Shown here piece by piece: positions 39,401 through 54,400 of a DNA stretch of 64,000 nucleotides. A model generated the notes under the pieces. That model was given only the letters and a program-made list of their open reading frames with translations, did not search any database and was not told the origin of the DNA. The translations under genes and the position numbers were made by a program. This DNA comes from Tubiluchus corallicola (taxonomy: Eukaryota > Animalia > Priapulida). The stretch is taken from positions 62,001-126,000 of the forward strand of contig JAQGDQ010000251.1 of NCBI GenBank assembly GCA_030141605.1. Reading direction: 5' to 3'. Position 1 is the first letter of the stretch. Each line of letters starts with the position of its first letter.

Positions 39401-42400
39401 GGTTCTTAGTAAATTAAAATGCTGGCGTAACCTGGTACAACAAACTGAAGGGAAGGTGAACCTTCCCTGTGTGCACCTCTGGCTCACCAAAAACACATTA
39501 TAGATTCATTGACAATATAAGATAATTTAAACTTTTGCTTAGTTAGCGAAGAATGTGCTGCGAATGCTTCGATTATTTTGTCAAACTTTACGCAGTGTTA
39601 TCTAAACTTGTTTCAAACTGGCTGCGCCTATACAGTCATCGCGGGACTTTAAATTACAAGTTTCATACAGCGTTACCGCTAGCGCAAGTTTTGTATGATA
39701 CAAGACAGCATGTGAGTGATTTGAAATTGCAAGACGATTTTTAAAGCTTTCTTTATAAAGAGCGTTTTCTTCTGCTTTAAGCATTGTCATCAGCAACATC
39801 CAATCCCATCAGCAAAACCCTCAGCTGACCAGCAACGACGGCAACAACAAGAGACCGGTTTGTTACTTCGGAACTGGATGTGTTTACTAGTTAGACTGTC
39901 ATTAGTTAGTTTTGATAATAATGCAAAATCATTAAAACAAATAAGTATCAGCGGTGTGGTTCTCGTAAAATTAAATTTGTAAATAGGTAAAGCGGAAAAA
40001 ATAGTTCAGTTGGCAATTTTTTTCAAATCTCATATGTGGAAACACCCGGAGGCCACCACTATCTGCCTTTTCTTGTAAATCCGCTTCCTTTACACACTCG
40101 AAGAAACGCAATATTGTAGAAAAATGCGCTTCCCACGCAATACAAATAATCTGTTTACTTTCTTTCAGTTTCTTGTGTGTGCTTTCACGAGGCGTGTGAT
40201 CTATAACAATGTCTAGATTCATTTTTTTACTGTGTAGCTCTGAGCTGTGAGCATTCAGCCCGTGGGCATGAAATAGTTCGGACCCAGTAATTTTTCCGCT
40301 TTCTTCCCAGTTTGTTTACTTTTCCCGCCAGGTGGTGCGACGATCGTATCGTTCTATGTTATTATTTTCGTTCTTAACATTTTCTTACCAACTTTTGTGC
40401 TTGCCTGGACGAGTGAATCAATAAAATTGCAGCTCGTAAGTTTGCAGCGGACTTTACTAGGCTTCCCAGAAATAATAGATTTTTCTGGGCACCCTTTCCT
40501 GGGCCAGGCCTCTCTACCAGCTCTCACGCCAGGGTTGCCACCCTTGGCACCCTATCTTTACTTTTCAATTTATAAAAGACAGATTTTATTTCAATTATAT
40601 TTGAGATCAAAATAATTCCGTGTCCCATTGTCTGAACAAATCGCCTGTTTAACTTCCTAATAGCAATCTTGTTCTAAATCTGAACTTTTGTGATTTTACC
40701 CTAGCTTATCTTTTCCAAATCTCTAAAAAACTCCATTAGAATCGGATTATGTTTGTACAGTAAACGGTCATGCTTTCATTATTTGATTTAATCTTTATAT
40801 GAAACATTTCAAAACGTAATCTTTGTATGAAACATTACAAAACATAATGACCGAGCTGTGTGAACGTGGCCATTTTCTGTTCAGGATTGCGTAATGTCTG
40901 AAACTCGTCATACTTTGTATTTTATAAAAAAATAAATTGCAAAATTGAATTGCGTTTGTTTGCAAGTTCTTGCAAATATTTACTTTGCCACAGGTTAATA
41001 AAAAGTACTTTGCTACGTGTTAACAAAATGCATGTTATAATCAAATAATTTTATTTTAATAATGCACTGAATAAAGCCCACATTAAAAAACAGATATAAA
41101 ATTTAGAAGACTAAATATTGTAACAAAACGCCTTGCTGCTAAACGATTCGGGTTTGTTGTGTGTGCGTTTATATATTTATATTATAGAAGAAACAAAGAA
41201 AGACGTGATTTTAGCAATTTAATTGTTTTGCTAAAAAATTATTTCGCTCTAATTAAACAGACATTATTTTATGTCTTATGAACTTAACTTTAGTACTAGA
41301 ACATTTATCTATTTTGTTTTTCATTGTGTATATCATTGTGCTGCAACTTCCCGAGCGTAATTAATTAATAATATCAGGAGAGTTTTCATCTTACGTTCTC
41401 TGAGAACTTTTGGTATAACTTAGAATATAGGACGATGTTATACGTGGAGTATGTTATGCATAGTTACTAAATAGGCACCTCTTTCTTGGCCAATTCTCGG
41501 TGAGACTAGAGAAATGACTTCTGGAATTAAGACAATCTAAACAAGTGTAAGCAGACAACGCAAATCTGAAGTGGAAATCTTTGTAATCTGAAGTGGAAAT
41601 CTTTGTTTATTCTGCCAGCTGAATAAGAAGGTTAACTCTTTACTGTTAATACTTGAGAGCTGAGAGTCTAATGCAAATGAACTGCGAATCAAGGTTGTTC
41701 ACTTCTTAAGGAAGAGATTTTCACCTGGTGAGAGAAAGTGTTTAGCTACATGACTCACCTGCGCTATACACTTGCAATCACCGACTAGTAGTAATTATGT
41801 GGTTACGAAATGTTTTGGCGTCACCAGACCTGCGGGTAGCGATTAAAAGCAGGTTAAAATGAATTTTTTTACACAAACAAGACTTCACAACAGTAGCTGT
41901 TGTAGAATTGCAAATCTACCTGAAATTTTGGAATTGAGTGGTGCATTACATTCTTTAGCAGCCTATTGTTATTCTTAAATGCTTGATATTTGAATTAATA
42001 CAATGAATGCTATTAATTGAACATTCGAGTTCAAATAATTTCAGTTAGGTCTTTGACTTGTATAATTTCCTATTAGAATAGCGTATTTGCTTTAGCTTTG
42101 TGCTTCTATGACAATGAATATTAACATTTAATAACAGATCTAGGTTTCTTAGTCTTGGTTTTTAAAGATTTGTAAAAAACGTGACGAGGGTGGATTAACA
42201 TAGCCTCGTGTTTTTATCATTCAACGAATATCGTTATTTCAGACATTTGGATTATCCTCGAATTTAGCAAATCTCTGACCGACCTTCCAAATATCACGCA
42301 GAGTACATACACGATTAGGATTAAATCTTAGTTAACATTAAAGTTTTTCACTCCTCTTTTTGAGTTATCGTACTTGGTTTTCAGAGTAAAATAGTAGAAA

Positions 42401-45400
42401 TGTTATAATGATAGAATAACTGAAAGTGATTTTTTACTGTTGTACGTACTATTTCTGTAATTGTTTTGTCACAGAAGTCCAGTGTAGCGTTTTTTGTCAA
42501 AAGTGGACCCATGAACTTAGGTTAGTGTGAGGGTGGTACAGCACTTGTAAAAACTACTTTTGTGGGTCTGTCACTTTTTGCCAACTAATGGCAGGTTCTC
42601 TCTCTCATACCTGAAATTATTTTCATGTTTGTCATAATAATTCTGCAAATCAACGTACATGCTAGCTTAGTTGTTTGTAATGGATCAGCTAATAACAAAA
42701 ATTTATCATTGTCTTTCATGTATAGAATAACAGACAAATATCTACATGTGTATATTTGATAACTGGGACTGTTTTTAATTTGTAGTTTCTTATATAATGC
42801 AGCAGTCTCTTGATTTTTCTTACTATCAGCTGAACAACCTCTCCAAAATTTTGATTCGTAGACGCATTACTCTAATGTGTAAATTTAACTGTATTACCAC
42901 AGTCCTTAAAGATTTCTGTTAGCAATGATCATCTTGTTCAAAAAGATTCTTTTTACTTTATATTTGTGTATTTAATTGTTTATATTTACAAATACACACA
43001 CGCACGCACACACATATATATTTAAAATTCAAATTATTTGAAAGACTATACCATTTTTGAAACTATGCAGTAGCTTATACTTTTTTACACCTTTTGACTT
43101 TTTTAAGCTAACATACATGTGTGTAGTTTTAGAAACTCTGGGATATGTGCTTACCATATGTGCATGTTATTGTTCAAATTATGATTCGTGTTATACATTT
43201 CATACAAATTTGAACTCCAAACTACTCTATTCATACACTATAAATATGTTAGCTTCTGTAAATGTGGTTAGTTTTAAAGTGTAACAAAAGGTGTTTTATC
43301 TTTGGTTTAAAAGACGTATATAGTCGTTTGAAAAATTCAGACTTTACAAAGAATTCATGAATGATCTTAGTTGGTAAGAAAAGTTTAAAGCACTGCCCAA
43401 ATGTTAGACTCTAATTACATGTAAATGATCAAAGTGAACGTCACCGTTGTTTCGCTGAAGAAGACCCTATTTTTGACTGCAGTTTTGGAGCAAATATTTT
43501 AGTTAAGTGACAACATTTGTTCTATTGAAAACAGTTTGTGTTTCTTAAATTAGGAGATATTTAGTATCCTATTTCACACTTTGCTAGTGACATAGTGAAC
43601 GTTGCTTTATTTTTCCTGCAGATGTGTTGTTATATTGTTCAACCCCAGAAGGAACAAGCAATCATTCCTTATCAATCAAAGCAAGAAAGCCATAACAGCC
43701 GTCTCGTTCTCACCTGATGGAAAATTCCTGGTCACCGGAGAGGTAAATATTTGAACCAATAGCAAAAGATTTTAGATTTAAATCTTGTCAGCTCTTTTAA
43801 TTCCGAACACAATGACAAATTTGCAAATCAACTTTTGTTAAAGTAAGCAACAAGAAGGGTGGGTATTTCTAACCACTGCTGGGTGTCCGGTTAAAAAAAC
43901 TTACGTTTTAAGGAATCTGGATTTGTTCAAATTCTGTGGTGGCTTTCCAGTTCTTGTGTGGATCAAAAATAACCACATTTGTACGGTATTTTCATTTTGT
44001 TAAAAATTTCAAATATGAAGCCATTAGCTGAAGATCTCTTCTCCGTTCTGATGATCAATTAATTTTCAAAGTCAAAAGCATTTATTCTGCAGCTAGACTG
44101 GTGTAACTTAAAAATGTCCTCACTAATTTTTGAGCTAATATAATGTGGAAATGGTCTGAGGGCAGTAAAGTCTCTTGACATGTAGTTCTCACTAACATAT
44201 GATTTGCTGTTTCTTGGTACTTATGCTGTCTGATTGCTGTTAGGTTATTGCACCAAGCCAGTTACTAAATTATTCATACTTAATTAGAACTTATCTGGCA
44301 TACCCTTTGCTGCATATAAGGTAACGAAGTAATTACATTGCACGTTGTTGGTGCACTTAGTACTAAGCCAGCTTCCTTTCCCAGTTTAGTTAGCATCTGT
44401 GAAAATCTTGGACTGTCCCTAGTTATGTTTAGCACCATGTTATAATAAACAGACCCCTTATGTTTGGTTTGAATTACTGGGCATTCCCTTGTGGCCTTAG
44501 TGATCTTTAGCTGTAGATCTGTATAAAATGCCATGCTGGATCAGCCTGCATAATTTTGAAACTAATAAATGTATGTATGATTTTAGTTGTCGATAGGATA
44601 TGAATACGTTTTTGCAATTTGCATTGTTAAAAGATCTAAATTTGCTATGCAATTGTGAATTTGGAAAATGATAATGTATGCATAATATAAACAAGACTTT
44701 GGCATCAATTATTTCATTTGTGTGGTTGATTTTAATAGATTTCTTAAACTACTACCTACAACTTTTCTTTTTTTAGTGTGGACATTTACCTAATGTTAGG
44801 ATTTGGGATGTTGGCGAGAGAATCCAAGTTGCTGAATTTGCTGGCCACAAGTTTGCTATTAACTGTGTGGTGAGTAGAATGGTTATATATTTATAATGTT
44901 AATAGAAGATTAGTACTAATGCTGGTAAAAACTCACAATTAATTGAATTTTAAAATTAACTGAAAAACAGGAGATGTGGAAAAGTTAGAACGTAGTGTGG
45001 ATTTTGAAGCGAGGCTCTTCTGGGTACATGACATGGCTACCGTATTCACTAGTGATCATGACAGTCTAAAAGTGAACCTTTATTTTTCAAAATTTTTCTG
45101 CTTTTCAAGTTTGATTTAAAAATTCACTTATTCTTGGGCACTATCATTAGAATGGCTAATGATCGCTGGATTTTTTACTTTCGGAAAATTTTGATTGGTA
45201 ATACTAACTCGCTACTGTAAACAAAAAATGATCTATCAAAGTAAGTATTCTTGGTTCAAAAACTGGAACTGATGATGATAAACTAGGATATTTTTGTTTA
45301 TAGTTGTCAATCTTTTCTTATCCTACTTATATTGTGGACACTTTTACATTTTTTCTAAATAGCTACCATTAACTTTCTAGGCATTTTCTCCCAACAATAA

Positions 45401-48400
45401 ATATGTTGTATCCATCGGGAGTCAACATGACATGATAGTCAATGTCTGGAACTGGAGGACGAACACCAAAGTTGCTTCTAACAAAGTGGCATGCCAGGTA
45501 TTTTTTACCATAGTTTTAGTGGCAACCTAATACACGGCACAAGTAAAATTACCGTTATGGCACGCGTGACATGCTCTTTTATTAGCTTGTAATGTGCTGA
45601 GCTTGAGTAATCGGACACAGATCCATGGCAGGTGTTGCTTTAAGTGCCACTTTCACATATGTTTCTTGACTGACAGGCGCAGATACTGAAACCTTCGTGA
45701 GATGAAAACGCCAAATAGCCAGCCGACTAAAATGAGGTTTTTGCTTTCTGTCGGGATAAGTTTGCATGTTTAAACTGTAATACTAACTGGATGTATTACC
45801 TCTTGCATGGGAAAGAAGTTAGAAATTGGGGAGTGCATGACTTTAGCTGAAAGAAATGCAGATAATGTAAAATACAAAACGTGTTGTTTTGTATATAATA
45901 GTTGTTTGTATTTTCTTGGCATGTAACTTTAGAGCTTTTGGTTTTTTACGCACAGGTAAAGGCTCTCGCATTTGCCGACAACGGAAGCTACTTTGTGACT
46001 GTGGGAATGAGACATGTTAAATTTTGGTACCTAGATTACAACAAGGATGCAAAGGTACTGTAACAGAAGGCTCATTTTATTCATTTCTGACAAGATTTTA
46101 ATAGAATCATGTATGAGTTGAGTTCATCAGTCTTTCTTCATCTTGTACAGCTGCTACTCTGAGGAGTAAATGCTTGTAGTTGAGTTAACTGGCTGCGTAA
46201 TACAGGAAGAAGAAGAAGAACTTTGCTTCTTCGAATAAACTTTAATAAATTTCAAACAAAAAGAAAGTTGACAGCATCATTAAAATATGTTTTGTTTTGA
46301 TGTTTTGAAAGTATGTTTTGCAGGTGCACTTAATGAAACTTTTTGCATTATTAAATTACCTACTTTGCAATTTTCCAGTACCTAATTATCATTTGTGTGC
46401 TGTTTTGCAGGCAGTAGAGACTGTCCCACTGATGGGTCGGTCGGCCATTCTCGGAGAACAACGGAACAACAATTTCTGTGATGTAGCCTGTGGGAGAGGG
46501 CAAATGGCCGACAGTACATACACTATTACACAATCAGGGTTGCTTTGTGAGTTCAATAGCAAGCGACTGTTAGACAAGTGGGTAGAGCTGCGGGTATGTG
46601 TGTATTATAGTCGACCATTTTGACTCTAAATGAAAGATCCATGCAACCAGATTTTATTGTTTTTGTAGTACTGGATATCGGAAGGAGTTTACAATTCCCC
46701 ATACAATTTAAATGCCATTACCCTAACCTAATCCTAATGCTATCCCTAACCTTAATCCTAATCCTAACCCACTACATTTCTTGTGTGTGGGGAATTGTAA
46801 ACTTTAGCCCTGGATTCCATATTCATAATACATTTACCATATGATAACTGAACAGCTACTTTGTATTCTAAAATATTTTATGCCTATTCAGAGCATCCTC
46901 ATTTTTCAAACAAAGTCGAAAATCAAATTGCAAATGATTTTATAATTAAATTATATCTCTATCCCTCCACTTGTGCATTTAGTGAAGATTAGAGCAATTT
47001 TATAAAACGTGTTTCCATTATGAGCAAACTAAACTTTCTATTCACAACATCCAAAACAGAAAAATCCTCTTCCAGTACATCAACCTTACAACTGCAAACA
47101 GCTCACTATTAGGTTTCGTATGCTCTTTAATTCTAAACTTAACTTGTCTTGTGATTTGCTGTATGTAAAATCTGTCACATCCTTGACAGGCGTATTTATA
47201 TACGACAGACCGAGTTCAAATGAACATCAACCATCTCTGACTTATATTGACTCTGTTTATTTCATATCGTCAATTTATACTTTAGTTACGAATGAAATAT
47301 ATTTTTAACAGGCAATGTAAAAATAATGGATATTTTAACTTGTTGCTAATTTTTTACATTATTAAAAGGTTTGATGTGAGTACAATTTTGGCATTCGTAA
47401 TACATTTTCAGTTAAATAAATAAACTTTGAAACAAACTGGAGATTGCTTTTAATATGAAGATGCTGATACTTGATGTTTCAGACTAATACAGCCCAGTGC
47501 CTGAGTGTTGGAGTGGATGCAATATTCTGTGGTTGCTCTGATGGTATTGTACGTGTATTCAGTCCATTCACACTCCACTTCATTGCAACTTTGCCACGGC
47601 CACATTACCTGGGCGTTGATGTGGCAGCTGGACTTTCACCAAGGTAAAGCATGTCTGGGCATGTGCAAATGAGATAACCTTTCATTTTTATTTGCTTTTG
47701 AAATTATATTCAAAGAGGAAGAGAAAGGGAATTTCAAAGTACGCGAAGAATTTTCCGTGCAAAGTTATATTACTTAGCATTACGCTTACCTGTTTGAAAG
47801 ACTTGCCTAACTAGAAAAGAAAATTTTTAATAATTTAAAATATTCTCACCAACTGATGAAATGGCACTGCATTACATCCTCAATATGCACCACCACTCTG
47901 TTCACCAAAAAAAAAACACATTATTGATCTTACTGTCATAATTAAGTAATTTAAACTTTGCATAGTTGGTGAGGAGTGCTACGAATGCTCTGATTATTTT
48001 TTCAAGCTTTACCTAGTGTTGTCTAAAGTTGTTTCAAACGAGTTACTTTTAAAATGTCTGTGCCTAACGGTCATCACGGGAGTTTAAATTTACAAGTTTT
48101 ATACAGCATTAGTGCTAACGCAAGCTTTGTATCCAACAACACAGCATGTAAGTGATATAAAATTTCAAGACGATTTTTAAGCTTTATTTATAAACAGTGT
48201 TTTTTTGTGCTTTGTAAGTTTTATATAAGTAAAATTATAACTTTTATACCTTTTTATTGTAGTCATATGATCCATCCACCAGAAAAGGCAAAATATCCTG
48301 ACACAATGGCTGTTGTCTTCAACTCTAAGCTCACTTTGGTAAGTGAAATGTTTTAACAACAAGGTAGTAAATCGCTGTCATAAATTGTTGAAGTTGTTGT

Positions 48401-51400
48401 GCTTTCATATACATGTCGCAGTCAACCGTACAACCGTAATGGGTTCCGGCTGATTGCTAGTAAGACAAATTCAATGCATTCGGGTGTGTTCAAGTGGCAT
48501 GCACCTTCATGCAAAGCGTTATGTGTGTATGCGCAGTCAGAATGGCTTCTCATACTGATAAATTTATCGAAAGAGATAACGATTTAATATGAATTTGCTC
48601 ATAACAAATAGAGAGAAATAACAGTTATGATTAGTTTTGCATAATAATTATCAAGTTGTGGTTGGGTCGTAAAGTCGAGCAGTCATAAGTTGCACAGGTT
48701 GTAAGTCGACAACTACCTGTAGTACAGAAAAATGTATACCTTGCTTACCGAAAAGTAAAATATTTAAGTTTCATTAATGAACCTTGTGGAATTACTTTGG
48801 AAAGTAAATTTTGAGAAGTGGTTATATTGGTATTGGACATGAAATAAAAACATAAATTATAGTAAAAAAGTGGACCAAATTGTTATAAGTTGTTAATGTA
48901 GATGCAATTCAACTTTCTTGTGTGTGAAGTGAAGAAGCTGAAGAGCAAACATGATGTTAAAAATTACAATGACAGAAACCGGCACTCGCATACATGAGCA
49001 CGACATGCGGTTGACGATAAATATTTCAATTAGTTCAATTTACTTTAAAATTATAATCTCACATTTGTCTCTGCAGGTAACAGCTGTGTATAATGACCAC
49101 AGTCTTTATGTCTGGGATGTTGCTAATGTGAAAAAAGTCGGGAAAGTTTGGTCATCATTATATCACAGCAGCTGTATATGGGGCGTCGAGGTAAGTATTT
49201 CTCACATTGGTTTTGAAACTAAGTTAAAGCAGAAGAAAAGGGGATTGTCAGAAAACTTCCCACAAAAAGTTATATTACTTTGCATCATGCCCGCCTGTTT
49301 GAAAGACTTATGTAATTTGAAAGAAATTTCATAATAATTTTAAATATTTGTGCCACCTGGTAAAGAAGCACTGCATTTCCATGGTGCACCACTGATTGAT
49401 GTTATTGATAATATAAAATAATTTGTACTTTTCCTTAGTTAGCATAGAGTGTGCTACGAATGCTCCGATCGTTTTTCAAACTTTATGTAATGTTATCTAA
49501 ACTTGTTCCAAACGACTTGCCCTCAAAATGGCTATGCCTAAATTTAAATTTACAAGTTTTGTGCAGTGTTACTGCTAGCACAAGCTCTGTGTGCAATAAG
49601 ACAGCATGTAAGTGATGTAAAATTTCAAAACAAAGATTTATTTATTTCTTGTGCTTTAAACTTATCATTCAGTTATTTCATTATTACCTGTGCTAGTCCT
49701 AGTCTAGGTAATGTTTGTGTGTTCTTTTCTCTCTTTCAGGTGTATCCTGTCGTAGGTAAAAGTATGCTACCACCAGGTACGTTTATTACCTGTTCGAGCG
49801 ATGATACAATAAGATTCTGGAATCTAGAAATGCATATGAGCAATGAAACAGATTATAAACGAAATATCTATAGCAGTGTAAGTTTTGCAAATATACTTGC
49901 TTTTGTTGCATTTTACTAAATTGTATACTGTATGTTGCAGTTCTGATGATGATGATGATATATCTTTTATTGAGCAAATTATAATACACTATTATACAAA
50001 AGTGCCTCCATTTGCAGGCAGATGTTTACAAAAGTTTAACAAATTTGCGGTATATTACAGTGCAATCTTATTTGTTAGCAAAATAAAAAATAATAAATTG
50101 TATGAAACTTCATTACAAATTTAACATGCGTTATTTTATGTCACTTCCCTTACCCTTATAGGGATTTTATTTCACAGCTGAAACAAGGTATTCCTTTCCT
50201 TACTATGTAACAAATCTTCATTTTACTATAATATAGTTAGCAGCTTAACAATTTTATCATCTCAGCAACATGATAACATGATTATTTAATGGAATTTTTT
50301 GAATACCCCAAAAGCTACTATGTCTGGATAAAGATCTCTCTGCTTTTTTCAATAATAGCTGATGTATTGCTTCTGCTAATAAGATATCTCTTCTTTTAAA
50401 TCATTTCATGAATTGTAGTTAAGTAATTTAGTAGCATCAAAAATAAGTTATCCTCCAGTATAAACTTTTCTCAGGTAAAACTTAGGCATTTGTCCAGCTG
50501 TTTAATTGTATTAAGATTTAAGAATTGTAAATTTATTGTTTATTGTTTGACAAAAAATTGTTAATATGTTATGCTTTTCTGTTTCTTGTACCATTTTCAT
50601 ATTTTTTTGGCATTTTGTAAATGCTGTCAATAACGAACTAACTTCCATCGTTGATAGAGTATCAACGAAAATGTTTGGTAGGTTGCTAATCTGTAATGGA
50701 TTAAACGACATAATCTCTTTAAGTGATTTTTATTACTTTTAGGAATTAATAAAGGTCTTGTACATAGATAAAGATTTACAATTTCTGACGGATAAGGAAT
50801 GGAGTCCAGGTGAGTAATTAAAGCACATATTATAGTGGTTTTTATAGTGCATTGTACTATTTCTAATTTAGAATAATAACTAAGTATTGTGATAATGATC
50901 GATCTACGAATAAAAACAATTAAATACACTTAGTAGTTTGCAAATTTCTGCTTTTTTATACAAATTATTGAAATGTTAAATGTATATTAATTGCTTAAGA
51001 TATGTTAGTTCTGTAAGAAAGCTAACAACTACACAAAACCATTTGTTTTGCATAATCAATTGATTACATACTAGGCTCTAATAAATCTGGTGAATTGGAT
51101 TCTGTTGATGGTAAGAATGGCGTGCGGTCATTGCGGGTCAGCGCCAATGGTCAGCATCTAGCTTCCGGTGATCGTTCCGGAAACATCCGGGTTCATGAAC
51201 TGCAACACATGGAGGAAATGTGTAAGATTGAGGCTCACGATGCCGAAGTCTTGTACTTGGAATACTCTAAAAATACAACCGGTAAAATTAACATCTTTTA
51301 AATTTCTATGAATTTGCATTATGTATGGCAAAGCGTAAATTATGTATCATATTTTTTGTTCTTTATTTTCTGTCATTTCTTAAAGAAATTGACAACTTAC

Positions 51401-54400
51401 CTTATTTCTCTTGAATACTTATTGTAAATGATAAAAATATGATAAAAATGATCTACACTAAAATATGATTTGTAAATAGGGTGCTATTAACAAGTAGGTA
51501 CTATTAGTAAAGCTGTCAACAGTGTTCATATGTTTCTGCATTAGAACGAGAATTTTCTGGATAATAAATTTCCGTATCTTTTTTCGTATTATTTAATTGT
51601 TAATTGATAGTGTTTGTAGCGTTGTATTCATTTAAGCCGAGACTTTACAAACAAGTAAAACTTCTGTTTTATCGAAAATTGATTCAGTTAGTAAAAAAAC
51701 AAATAAGACTTCTATTAGGACAAAATGGGTCAGTTAGTAAAAAAAGTAAGACTTCTGTTATCAAGAAATGGTTCAATTAGTAAAAACACTTTATTTTCAT
51801 CTTCACAACTAGAGAGAATTTTTTATTAAAAATGTCAACATAAAGTAGAGTAGGAATAGATAAGAGAAAAACTGGATCATCAGAAAAGTAACCCAGTAAT
51901 TCTTTATACCATGCCGTTTTTGCAATAGTGGGATTCTTTATTTTTACACCCTATAAACCTATTACTGATCTTATGTCTGTCTTTATTTAGGTGATAGGCT
52001 ATTAGCATCAGCCAGTAGAGATCGACTAATTCACGTATTTGATGTGGATGAAGGCTACGCCTTCCAGCAAACATTGGATGACCATTCATCATCTATTACA
52101 GCTGTACGATTTACTCAAAGTCAGAATGAGTTAAAGATGTTTAGCTGTAGTGCCGATAAATCCATCATCTTCAGGACTGCCCATTATGTATGTATGATAT
52201 ACTGAGTACTGTACAGGAAAGCTTCAAAAACATTTTTCTTTAGTTCACTTGCTGTCAAAAGCCTTTTCACAATTTTGTTGTGCGCACGTGCAGTGGCTAT
52301 AGTTCATAGTTCGGGGATTAAGTGAGCCACAGCTACGCATCTTAGTTATAACCATCACGTGACACGTGGGTAAAACAAAGCCATGTGCCGCATCAGTTTA
52401 GTAATTTCAGTTGTTTTATAAGGACTTTTCTTAATTATGCATACACAAATGCGTTGTCTGATACACTTAACCTTTGACCTTTTCACGATCATCATTAATC
52501 GCTGGAAATGCGAAATGGCTTATTACTAGCATTTGCTTGAATTATGAGTGCTGTATTTTTTCTATTGTTTACATTAGGACTGCCCGATCTGGCAAAAATG
52601 GCTAAAAAAGATTTGGCTTATTGTGCAAAGTGTAATGGGATTTATTGCAGTGGTGGAACTGACTAACCGATTTGGACTTTCATTTCCCATAATTGATTAC
52701 TTCTTTCAGCTGCGGATGTACATCGATTTATTACCAATACTATGTTCAACTAATTTTTCAAAAAATTTGCAAAAAGATCATATACCAAATATGACCAACA
52801 TTGCCGCGGTATCAAGTAATACAACGCCATCTTGTACAGTAACTTAGCATGCTGGCATTGCCACTTAGTGTGAAGATTTATCCTAAACACAAACACACGG
52901 TTTTCATGCGTGCCTGCTTGCTTGTAAAATAATATGTTCGATTGTAAGTGATTATCGAATGGGTTTCTTATTTGATTAATTGATCTTGAAAATGTAACTG
53001 ATGTCGTGCCTCTAATTCATTGCCTAGTACTTGCAAAATTCATGACAGAAAATATCTTCACAGTAGTCTAGTTAAACTTCAACAAGTTGTTAAATTTCCA
53101 ACCATTTTTTCTTTTAGCTGCCAGATCTACAGTTTGTAAGAAATCATCATGTTGTTGGAAAGACTAACATGTACGACATGGATGTTGATCCTACATGCAA
53201 ACAAATTGCTACAGCTTGTCAAGATAGGAACATTAGGTACAAAACAGCTTAGTACTTATTAGTGCATGCATTCTAAAATTTAACCCAGAAAGTGTAAAAC
53301 CTGTATTTAAAAATTGTGTACTTACAGTTTGACTTACACAGTATTAACTCATTAGGCATGCAAAATTTTGTCTGCCTTGTTCGATCATGTGTGAACTTGT
53401 TTGATCATGTGTGAACTTGTTTATCATGTGTGAAGTTGTTTTATCATGTGTGAAGTTGTTTTATCATGTGTGAACTTTATTTGATCATGTATGAACTTGT
53501 CTAATCATGTGTGAGCTTGTTTTATTGTGTGTGAACGTTTTTGATCGTGTGTAAACTTGTTCGATCATTTGGTGTGGTTGATACGCTTCCACATTTTTAA
53601 TAGGTGCCAGTGGGCACTATGCTTATGACATCGCTAGTGAGTTAAAGATTGACACTCTTGTACAGTAAGAATATGTAAACTTGTTCATTTGTCCATGAAC
53701 TAGGCACATGCCTGCTTCTGGTGAAGTTAGTTCTTCATTAAAATGTATTCTGGATTTTGAATTGTGTAAAACTATTAGTGCTAAACTTATGAATTCATTG
53801 ATGGATCTGGAAAAATGTGCCATGAGGTATTTGAAACATGTAAAGCAATTTGCTAACTTTATAGCTTGCTAGTATTTTTGAGGTGCTGATGTATCTGGTA
53901 AAAATGTACTGTATGGTTTAATTTAAGCTACTAATCCTTTTTTAAAAAAGCCATCATTAAACATTTGTACACACCATTGGGGCCGGATTATAATCTTTTA
54001 AGGGCCTCTAGGCTAATGAAATTATGGGACCCCATAAGGAGGAGCCATCCTGTAACTCACCCGCACCCTCCTTGAATATTTTTACTTTAGCAACATTTAT
54101 ATAGCTTCAAGTAAACTTATTGCAACCTCTTTAAGAAACCAAACTAGCCATTTTTTGTTTGTCAGTAAAAATATTCTTTAAATAATACTGCCATTTTACT
54201 ATTTATTGCAAACCAAATTTGCACATATTTCAATACAATCGTAGTGAAAAAACAGATTTTTGCCATATGCTACACAAGCTTGGGGCCCTACACTGCAGTC
54301 TATACTAGTCTGTAGGATAATCCAGGCCTGCAAATCATTATTGATATTTCATTGCAGAGTATATGATGTGGCAACCGGTAAGCAGAAAAAGTGTTTTAAA

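Noticed and set aside
53376-53568. Regular short repeats resembling a CRISPR array (also 9151-9246 and 51650-51789)
   Set aside because: The units are contiguous with no unique spacers, there are no cas genes, and the context is eukaryotic, so these are minisatellites.
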